64,000 nucleotides of DNA from NCBI GenBank assembly GCA_028345515.1, contig JAOMDP010000001.1, forward strand, positions 53,318 through 117,317. The letters run 5' to 3'. A program made the translations under genes and the position numbers. Shown piece by piece: positions 19,205 through 26,599 of the stretch (the first letter of the stretch is position 1; each line of letters begins with the position of its first letter). The stretch comes from Nitrospinota bacterium (GTDB lineage: Bacteria > Nitrospinota > Nitrospinia > Nitrospinales > VA-1). Under the pieces are notes generated by a model. It was given only the letters and a program-made list of their open reading frames with translations. It had not been told where the DNA came from and did no database searches.

Positions 19205-20278
19205 ATGTTAAAGCTTGAATCAGTTTCAAAATCCTTTGGCGAAAAATCTGTTCTCAAAGATATTTCTCTGGAAATTAGAGAGGGAGAAAGATTTACGCTT
19301 TTAGGGCAAAGCGGTTGTGGCAAATCTACCCTTTTACGCCTTATAGCTGGCTTTGAAACTCCTGACAAAGGAAAAATTTGGATAGAGGGGAAAGAAGTCA
19401 ACTCTCTTCCAATTGAAAAAAGGCCTATTGGATTAATATTTCAAAACTATGCTTTATTTCAACATATGACTGTTTATGACAATATTGCTACCGGACCGCG
19501 AGTAAGACATCTTTCAGAATCTGAAATAGCCAAACAAGTTGACGAACTTTTAGAGTTAACGCACTTAAAGAAAGTGAAAAACTCATACCCTCAACATATA
19601 AGTGGAGGTGAGGCCCAAAGAGTTGCTTTGGCACGTGCAGTTATTAATCGGCCAAAAATACTTTTACTCGACGAACCTCTTTCTGCACTCGATCCCAGTC
19701 TTAGACAATATTTGAGGCTAGAACTTATCGAGATGCAAAAAGCCCTGGGAATAACATTTCTTTTTGTGACTCACGATAAGGAAGAAGCCATGAGCATAGC
19801 CACTGAAATGTGTATCATGGAAAAGGGTTCTATAAAACAATATGGATCACCCAAAGAGCTATATGAGAAACCAAAATCTTCTTTTATAGCCAATTTTCTG
19901 GGTGAATTAAACTGCCTAAATGGAATAGTAGAAAAAAAAAGTGGGAATTTGATAACGCTTTCATTAGGTGTAAATGGAAGAATCCGGTTTTTATCCAATC
20001 CCAGTGGGTCTCACAGGCAAAAATGCTATATCCGACCAGAAAAAATATTCTTTGATTCTGGCCAAGAACTCACCAGCGAGATAAACTGGCTTGAAGGAAC
20101 TATTGTTAATAGTGATTTTTTTGGAAGTCATACCCGTTACCAAATTAAACTGGCAGATGAGTCTCATTTAAAATTATCTATTCACCATCGAAAAACAACA
20201 AAAAATAAATATACAATTGGAGAATCTGTTAGAGTTTTATTTGCAATCTCCGATGTATTTCAAATCAATGAAAAATAA
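19205..20278 (+). CDS. ABC transporter ATP-binding protein with C-terminal TOBE-like domain (PotA/CysA/MalK-like)
   Basis: Walker A GQSGCGKST, signature ISGGEAQR, Walker B LLLDEP, and a ~120-aa C-terminal extension. True start is MLKLESVSKSF at 19205; the track ORF runs antisense into purD. Confidence 0.9.
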   Translation: MLKLESVSKSFGEKSVLKDISLEIREGERFTLLGQSGCGKSTLLRLIAGFETPDKGKIWIEGKEVNSLPIEKRPIGLIFQNYALFQHMTVYDNIATGPRVRHLSESEIAKQVDELLELTHLKKVKNSYPQHISGGEAQRVALARAVINRPKILLLDEPLSALDPSLRQYLRLELIEMQKALGITFLFVTHDKEEAMSIATEMCIMEKGSIKQYGSPKELYEKPKSSFIANFLGELNCLNGIVEKKSGNLITLSLGVNGRIRFLSNPSGSHRQKCYIRPEKIFFDSGQELTSEINWLEGTIVNSDFFGSHTRYQIKLADESHLKLSIHHRKTTKNKYTIGESVRVLFAISDVFQINEK

Positions 20279-21050
20279 ATCATTTCTTTTTTTATTAAAT
20301 CTTTTTATCAGTTTCTTTCTTATTAGCGGTTGTAGCAACTATGGTAACCATGAAGGCAATACCTATATTGTGGCAACTGACGCAACTCTGGCACCTATGT
20401 CTTTTATGAGCGTTGGAAATGACATAATTGGCTTTGAACCCGATTTAATGAAGGCTATAGCTGATAAGGCTGGGTTTAATATCCGCCTGACTAACGTTGA
20501 GTGGGCAGGCCTTTTTGGTGGGTTGATAACTAATAAATTCGATATGGTTATAAGTTCTGTAACGGTCTTGGAAGAAAGAAAACAACGAATGGATTTTAGT
20601 GTCCCTTACCTTAAAAGTGGTCTAGCTCTGGTTGTCCATAAAAATCAAAAAAAAATAAAGTCGTTTGAAGATGCCAAAAACAATAATGCGCTGATCGGTG
20701 CGCAAATAGGAACCACCTCTTATTATTTTCTAGAAAAACAACCTTTGATAAAAATAAAAGGTTATCAGATGTACGGTCATGCTATTTCTGATCTGATCAA
20801 TGGAAAGTTGGATGCGGTATTAGGGGAAAGTTCAGGAACATTATTCTATAAAAATAAACCATTGTTTCAGGAAATAAAAATGGTTGGAGAAATTTTATCT
20901 GATGAGTTTTATGGAATAGTTTTAAGAAAAGGTGAAGAAGGGCTTATGGCGCGGGTCAATTCTGCAATTAAATTTTTGATTGAAAATGGAACCGTTACTC
21001 GGATTCATCAAAAATGGGATCTAGGCCAAGCTGCAAAAGTTCCTAAATAA
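20268..21050 (+). CDS. Polar amino-acid-type ABC substrate-binding lipoprotein (SBP family 3)
   Basis: Lipobox LISGC, and GFEPDLMKAIADKAGF typical of family 3 SBPs. The ATG at 20268 overlaps the ATPase stop. Confidence 0.85.
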   Translation: MKNKSFLFLLNLFISFFLISGCSNYGNHEGNTYIVATDATLAPMSFMSVGNDIIGFEPDLMKAIADKAGFNIRLTNVEWAGLFGGLITNKFDMVISSVTVLEERKQRMDFSVPYLKSGLALVVHKNQKKIKSFEDAKNNNALIGAQIGTTSYYFLEKQPLIKIKGYQMYGHAISDLINGKLDAVLGESSGTLFYKNKPLFQEIKMVGEILSDEFYGIVLRKGEEGLMARVNSAIKFLIENGTVTRIHQKWDLGQAAKVPK

Positions 21051-21076
21051 TTCCGTTCCATAAAATTTGGAAACTT

Positions 21077-21841
21077 ATGAAAAAAATACTATCCAATTCC
21101 GAAAACTTACAATCCCAAAAATGGGCTTGGAATATTGCAGTATTGGCAAGTGTTTTCTTCCTGGTTTATTTGCCCTCAAAAGAATCTTTCTCCACAAGTG
21201 AGCAATCCGGTGGGTATCTCGAGCTTGTATCACTTTTACCCGCAGGAATTTATTATACATTGCTAGTTACTTTACTAGGTAGCTTTGCTGCAATTTTAGT
21301 TGGATTACTTGTAGGCTTAGGAAAACTTTCTAAAAATCCTGCAATTCGTATTCCAGTTAGCTTTTACATAGAAATATTACGTGGTATTCCTTTACTAGTA
21401 CTTTTGTTTTATATTTACTATGCCTTAGGGGAATTTATTCAAATACCACCCTTGGTGGCAGCCATTGTGGGTTTTGGGTTTAGTTATGGGGCTTATATGG
21501 CCGATGTTTTCCGATCCGGGGTTGAGGCTGTTCCAAAAGAACAAGCAGAGGTTGCCCGAAGTTTGGGAATGAATGAAAAGCAAGCCTTAACCCAAATAGT
21601 CTTACCTCAGGCGATGCGAACCATAATTCCAGCTATTGGGAATCAAACTCTGGGGATGCTGAAAGATACAAGTTTAGTTTCTGTGTTGGCGATATCTGAT
21701 ATTTTACGTGTGGGCAATGAATATGCTACCAAACACTTTAATTTTTTTGAAACCTATACCTATATAGCACTGACTTACCTTCTACTGACTCTTTTACTTT
21801 CACAAATGGTTCATAAATTGGAATTTAGTTATCGTATTTAA
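21077..21841 (+). CDS. ABC permease (His/Glu/Gln/Arg/opine family)
   Basis: EAA-loop EAVPKEQAEVARSLGM...LPQAMRTIIPAIGNQ. Confidence 0.85.
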   Translation: MKKILSNSENLQSQKWAWNIAVLASVFFLVYLPSKESFSTSEQSGGYLELVSLLPAGIYYTLLVTLLGSFAAILVGLLVGLGKLSKNPAIRIPVSFYIEILRGIPLLVLLFYIYYALGEFIQIPPLVAAIVGFGFSYGAYMADVFRSGVEAVPKEQAEVARSLGMNEKQALTQIVLPQAMRTIIPAIGNQTLGMLKDTSLVSVLAISDILRVGNEYATKHFNFFETYTYIALTYLLLTLLLSQMVHKLEFSYRI

Positions 21842-21879
21842 ATAAGTTATGATTTTAATATTAATTTTTGAGAACTAGA

Positions 21880-22167
21880 ATGAGGATTGGAATGAGCGCA
21901 ACATTAGATAATAAAGAAAATTTAGATGCCGATAATTATTTTTTATTAGCAGCAAGAACTTGGGATAATAAAGCAGAAGACTACACCACCATTGAAAATT
22001 CTGAGACATCCTTAAAATATTTCAAAGACTACCCCGATGCTGAGAAATTGTATCAGGATGGTGGATTATCTGAATTTCCTGATTTAAAAGGAAAAGATAT
22101 TAAACTTGACTTAATTCATGTCCGCTTCGGGGTTAATCGTTTAGTACTCAGCCGAATAGTAGTTTAA
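21880..22167 (+). CDS. Hypothetical protein
   Basis: ORF only; the first ATG is at 21880 and the track start is a TTG. Confidence 0.3.
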   Translation: MRIGMSATLDNKENLDADNYFLLAARTWDNKAEDYTTIENSETSLKYFKDYPDAEKLYQDGGLSEFPDLKGKDIKLDLIHVRFGVNRLVLSRIVV

Positions 22168-22263
22168 TCTACGTGCTACTTTTTGTTCTCTTTTAAATTT
22201 CTTTCCATCTCCATTTGAATATTTTATAAGCCTAAACAATCAAAAATTTCCTTTAAATAAAAA

Positions 22264-24339
22264 TCAAGTCGGCTGTTTGTTTTCTAGTTCAACTATTAGC
22301 GATTTAATTCTAGCTGTATCCTGTTGGGTTGGACTTAAACGGAGTGCTTCCTTTAAGTAATCGAGTGCTGTAGGAATATCATTTTTAAATTGATAGTAAA
22401 TCATACCCAAGCTTAAATGAACAGCAAACATATCTGGTTTTATTTGCAATGCTTTCTTATAATTTTCGATAGCTGCTGGGATATTTTTAATTTGCATTTG
22501 AATATTTGCCATATTCATATAGGGTAAAGCAAATGTGGAATCTAGTTTTCCTGATACCCTATATTCCAGCATCGCAAGGTCTAACTGTCCTTTCATCATC
22601 ATTGCATTTCCTAAACCAAAATGTGCTCTAGAGTGGTTAGGTTGCATTTTTATAAACTTATTAAAATTTTCAATAGCCTCGTCAAAGCTACTCAACTCCA
22701 TAGATAAGTATGCGAGATTATAAAAGGCCTGTTCAAAATAAGGATTATATAGAATTGCTTTTTTGTATGCCTCTACAGCCTCTCGCCTTTTCCCAATTAA
22801 ATGGTAAGCCCGAGCAATATTATAATATGCAGGACTATAATCAGATTTTTCATTTATAGCTTTTTTAAAATAGGATATTGCTTCTTCGTAATTTTTTTGT
22901 TTACCATAAATATTTCCCAAATTATTTAATGCAAAAAAATAATTAGGATTAATTTTCAAAGCCTGCTTAAACTCTATAATAGCCTCATCATAATTTCCGA
23001 CTTTATCATGAGCTATACCCAAGTTGTTATAAGGTCTGATTAAATTTGGTGATTTAAATTTTGCATCAGCCCATAAAGTAAACTCATCTTTCCAGACTTT
23101 ATTTCTATTCATTCCTATCAAAGAAAACAAAACTACAATTAATAACATTATTGATTCAACAGAAAAACATAAAAACCTTTTTAGATTTATTTTTAAACAA
23201 GTTAAATAAGTCCAGCTAAAAATTGAAGCTATTACTAATGCAAAACCAACCAATGGCAAATAAGTCCGGTGTTCCATTACTGGGTCCAATAAAGGAATAA
23301 AGCTTGATGTAGGCAACAGGGTTAAAAATATCCAGGCGAAGCCAAAACCAGCACATCTTTTTTCAATCTCCCAAGCAGTATTTTGTTTGTTAACCATGGA
23401 AATTCTAATCCAAATAATTATTATTACACCTAATGAAAACATCCCTAACCAATTTTGGGGATTTAGCCAATTGGTAAGAATTGGAAAATTTATATCCAAA
23501 TTTAAATTAAATGGAAATAAGAATTTTCTGAAATACTCAAAGGGAACAACTGAGGTTTGAGTCAAAAGCCATGTTGATGATGATAACTTTGCTGAAGATG
23601 CAGCCAAAAAGCCTCCACCAATAAATTGTTTATATCCAATTCCTGCCAAAATAGGGATTAATAACAGCAAAATCCATTTGCCATATATGTATATCCATTC
23701 CCTGAAACTTTTTTTCCAAATAAAATAATAGTGAAAAATAAATAAAGCTGCTGGGAGAGTAATAATGATTTCTTTAGTTAACACCCCTAATAAAAAAAAT
23801 AGTGAAGAAACAAAAAAGTAAATACGCCCTGGTTTTCCATTAAAATTTCTCTCATTAAATCCTTTGAAAAATAAAATTAAGGCCAAAATGTAAAATATCG
23901 TGGCCAATATTGATGATCGGCTTGATATATAAGTGACAGATTGGGTGCTAAGAGGGTGAAGTGCGAACACCAAAGCTGAAAAATATGGCCATGAAAATAA
24001 ATGGAAAGTGTTTTTATTCGAATGTTTTCTTAAAAAAAATATTATCTGTTGGACCAATTTATAAACAAGAAGGGTGGCTATAATATGAAATAAAATATTA
24101 AAAATATGATAGCTCCAAACCTCAAATCCACTAATTGAATAATTTAAATTAAAAGAAAGGATAACAAGGGGTCGCTGAAAAAAACTTAAAATGAACTCTG
24201 GAATTTTGTCTAAGCCACGGATCCACGGTTTTTCAAGAATTGAAGGAATATCATCAAAATGAAATGTATTTAAAATTGTATTGCTATAAACCAATACAAT
24301 TAATAGTGTCAAAGATAATTTAGAATAAATGGAACCCAT
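22264..24339 (-). CDS. GT-C fold (TMTC/PMT-like) membrane glycosyltransferase with C-terminal TPR array
   Basis: About 11 predicted TM helices with an FHFDD motif in the first loop, followed by at least 7 TPR repeats. Confidence 0.7.
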   Translation of the reverse strand: MGSIYSKLSLTLLIVLVYSNTILNTFHFDDIPSILEKPWIRGLDKIPEFILSFFQRPLVILSFNLNYSISGFEVWSYHIFNILFHIIATLLVYKLVQQIIFFLRKHSNKNTFHLFSWPYFSALVFALHPLSTQSVTYISSRSSILATIFYILALILFFKGFNERNFNGKPGRIYFFVSSLFFLLGVLTKEIIITLPAALFIFHYYFIWKKSFREWIYIYGKWILLLLIPILAGIGYKQFIGGGFLAASSAKLSSSTWLLTQTSVVPFEYFRKFLFPFNLNLDINFPILTNWLNPQNWLGMFSLGVIIIIWIRISMVNKQNTAWEIEKRCAGFGFAWIFLTLLPTSSFIPLLDPVMEHRTYLPLVGFALVIASIFSWTYLTCLKINLKRFLCFSVESIMLLIVVLFSLIGMNRNKVWKDEFTLWADAKFKSPNLIRPYNNLGIAHDKVGNYDEAIIEFKQALKINPNYFFALNNLGNIYGKQKNYEEAISYFKKAINEKSDYSPAYYNIARAYHLIGKRREAVEAYKKAILYNPYFEQAFYNLAYLSMELSSFDEAIENFNKFIKMQPNHSRAHFGLGNAMMMKGQLDLAMLEYRVSGKLDSTFALPYMNMANIQMQIKNIPAAIENYKKALQIKPDMFAVHLSLGMIYYQFKNDIPTALDYLKEALRLSPTQQDTARIKSLIVELENKQPT

Positions 24340-24350
24340 GAATCAGTTTA

Positions 24351-25589
24351 TTAATTTATAGTTTTAAGTTTAGAAAGGTTTATTATTTTGATAAATACTT
24401 CTTCGGTTTGATCCGTTACTTTTTCCCAGGAATAGTATTTTTCAGCCGTTTCTCTACATTTTGATTTCAAATTTGAAAAAAATTCAGGATTTTTTAAAAA
24501 AATTTCCAAACCTTTTGATAACGATTCCGGAGAAGTTCCTTCAAAGATAAGATTTTTATCAATTTGTTCCAATATTTCTATTGTTGCTCCTACTGGGGTT
24601 CCCATTACTGCCAAACCGCTTGCAAAAGCTTCTGCGGTTACTATGCCAAAACCTTCTATAGCTGTTGTAGGAAGAACAAACAAATCTGCAACCTTAAAAT
24701 AAATGGGTAGTTTTTCTCTAGAAACTAATCCCGAAAGTTTAATTACTTTTGATAGTTTTTTTTCCGTTATCAAATCTTCTAATTTCTTTCGTAAACTTCC
24801 TTTGCCTACAATAATTAATTGAAATTCTATATCAGGAAAATTTTTAATTAGTATCTCCGTAGCTAAGACCAGGTTTTCCAGTCCCATTCTTTCTTCTAAC
24901 CTTCGAACCGTTAAAATTGTTAGTGGTTTTTCTTCTATGTTTAATAACCTACGTTGTTCGTATAAATTATCTTTTGTTCTTAAAGGTTGAAATTCCTTTA
25001 AATCTACTCCCCCTGGAATTATTACAAGATTTGACCTTGAAAATGAAAAATATTCTTTAAAACGTTTTTTTGAATATTCACTTAAAAAAAGGATGGTCCC
25101 TGAAAACTTGTAGCAGGTCCATTCTATGATTCTAATTAGTTGCAATTTTAAATTTAAAGATCTTTTTTCCTTACTCAATGAGTTTATTCGTTCTTCATCG
25201 AGCCAAGAACTATGGAAATGATAAACTTTAGGAATCTTCCATAAATTGGGAAGCAAAAGGGCAATAAAACCAATTAAAGGATTATGAATATGAATCAGAT
25301 TAATTGGCTCAGACCTTAAAATATTTTTTATTTGTTTTCTAATAGCTTTCCAAAGTAAAAAAATATTTTTACTTTCCTTGAGGGAAATCCGAAAATATTG
25401 AATTCCTTCGACTGTTTCATTTGACATCTGAGTTTCAGATGATTTACAGGTTAGTTGGTAAACCTTATGACCTCTTTTTGCGAGTCGCTTGTTTATTTGA
25501 TAAGTCAAGCCCCAGGCCCCACCTACTTCATCCGGATAACAATGATATTGAAGAGAAAGAAGAGAGATAAAATTTTTGGTTTTTTGCAT
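24351..25589 (-). CDS. Glycosyltransferase family 4 (GT-B)
   Basis: C-terminal EGFGIVTAEAFASGLAVMGT (E-x7-E region). It lies 11 nt upstream of the GT-C gene. Confidence 0.85.
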   Translation of the reverse strand: MQKTKNFISLLSLQYHCYPDEVGGAWGLTYQINKRLAKRGHKVYQLTCKSSETQMSNETVEGIQYFRISLKESKNIFLLWKAIRKQIKNILRSEPINLIHIHNPLIGFIALLLPNLWKIPKVYHFHSSWLDEERINSLSKEKRSLNLKLQLIRIIEWTCYKFSGTILFLSEYSKKRFKEYFSFSRSNLVIIPGGVDLKEFQPLRTKDNLYEQRRLLNIEEKPLTILTVRRLEERMGLENLVLATEILIKNFPDIEFQLIIVGKGSLRKKLEDLITEKKLSKVIKLSGLVSREKLPIYFKVADLFVLPTTAIEGFGIVTAEAFASGLAVMGTPVGATIEILEQIDKNLIFEGTSPESLSKGLEIFLKNPEFFSNLKSKCRETAEKYYSWEKVTDQTEEVFIKIINLSKLKTIN

Positions 25590-25694
25590 AATTTTTCAAA
25601 ATAATTTAGTTGAATACTTTTATGACCAGAAAACACAAGGCCTTTCTATTATAACTCTGGCTTAATTTTAACCGAGGCTTTACTTGGGTAACCA

Positions 25695-25723
25695 TTGAAA
25701 CCTTTTGATTAATAATATATATT
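25695..25723 (+). promoter_or_regulatory. Possible sigma70-type promoter for ssrA (TTGAAA-N17-TATATT)
   Basis: Hexamers at 25695-25700 and 25718-25723, ending 28 nt upstream of the mature tmRNA 5' end. In an AT-rich background a chance match is likely. Confidence 0.25.
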
Positions 25724-25750
25724 AGAATTAGTGCATTGTTTAATAAGTAT

Positions 25751-26109
25751 GGGGGCGATCCGGTTTCGACGGGAGAGCTGATGCAAAGGTTGCATGTACG
25801 GGATGCCGTTGGCCCGTTAAAAAACGGCTTTTACATAATCGCCAACGATTATGATGTTGCTGTAGCCGCTTAATTTAAACGGTTACCGTCCGCCACATCC
25901 ATGTTCGCGGGAAGTGGATCGGACGTCATTCAGCGAACTGGTTCCGTTTGCATGTTCCAGGTAAATGGGATGAGATTTTTAGGAACTGGTTTCGACTTGA
26001 TCCGGCTTCTGGGAGTTAGTCGAGATGAGATTCAAATCAGAAGATAAGCATGTAGATGCCTTTGACTGAAACCTTTCGGACGGGGGTTCGATTCCCCCCG
26101 CCTCCACCA
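25751..26109 (+). ncRNA. ssrA: tmRNA (SsrA)
   Basis: 5' GGGGGCGATCCGGTTTCGACGGG and 3' GGACGGGGGTTCGATTCCCCCCGCCTCCACCA form the tRNA-like domain. The internal tag ORF GCC AAC GAT TAT GAT GTT GCT GTA GCC GCT TAA (25841-25873) encodes ANDYDVAVAA. Confidence 0.95.
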
Positions 26110-26227
26110 TACCTCGCTATTTAAACCAAAACCTTCTGTTTTTCCCTGGTTTTTTCTGCTTGGATTAATTTCAAAAGCACATGAAAAAACTATCCTTATA
26201 TAAGCTAGGATTAATAGAAAAACTAGA

Positions 26228-26401
26228 TTACATATTAGTTTTTCTTTCTTGGATTTCTGCTCTTCTTACCTTTGCAAGTTTCGCGATATCTCCCAAAGCT
26301 TTTCTTGCACGAGCTGCTGCAGCTTTAACATTTTTAGTTTCAAAGGTTTCATGTTCCGCAAGATATGTTTTGTAAGCAGAAACAATTTGATCGTGTGTCA
26401 T
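26228..26401 (-). CDS. Histone H1-like / Hc1-family small DNA-binding protein (57 aa, not in ORF track)
   Basis: Hand translation: MTHDQIVSAYKTYLAEHETFETKNVKAAAARARKALGDIAKLAKVRRAEIQERKTNM. AAGGAG lies 7 nt upstream of the ATG. The core F-x-x-K-N-x-KAA-x-x-RxRK...L-x-K-LA-x-x-x-R-x-E matches my recollection of the Hc1 N-terminal domain. Confidence 0.55.
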   Translation of the reverse strand: MTHDQIVSAYKTYLAEHETFETKNVKAAAARARKALGDIAKLAKVRRAEIQERKTNM

Positions 26402-26599
26402 CCTACACTCCTTTACAAGGTTTAATTTTTATCTTGATTAAGAAGTAACACATTATCTAAGGCAAGATCAACTAGAAACAGGAAAAATCAAATCGAAGTT
26501 AAGTTAAATCTGTTATAAATAATGGAATATATTCGTTTCACCAGAATAAAATATCTTATGTCTAAACGTTTGCAAAAAAAGAAGATTGTTTGCCACCAA

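Noticed and set aside
26181-26375. 64-aa plus-strand ORF downstream of the tmRNA
   Set aside because: It is antisense to a better-supported 57-aa Hc1-like gene with a strong Shine-Dalgarno sequence, and the plus-strand product has no motif or Shine-Dalgarno sequence.
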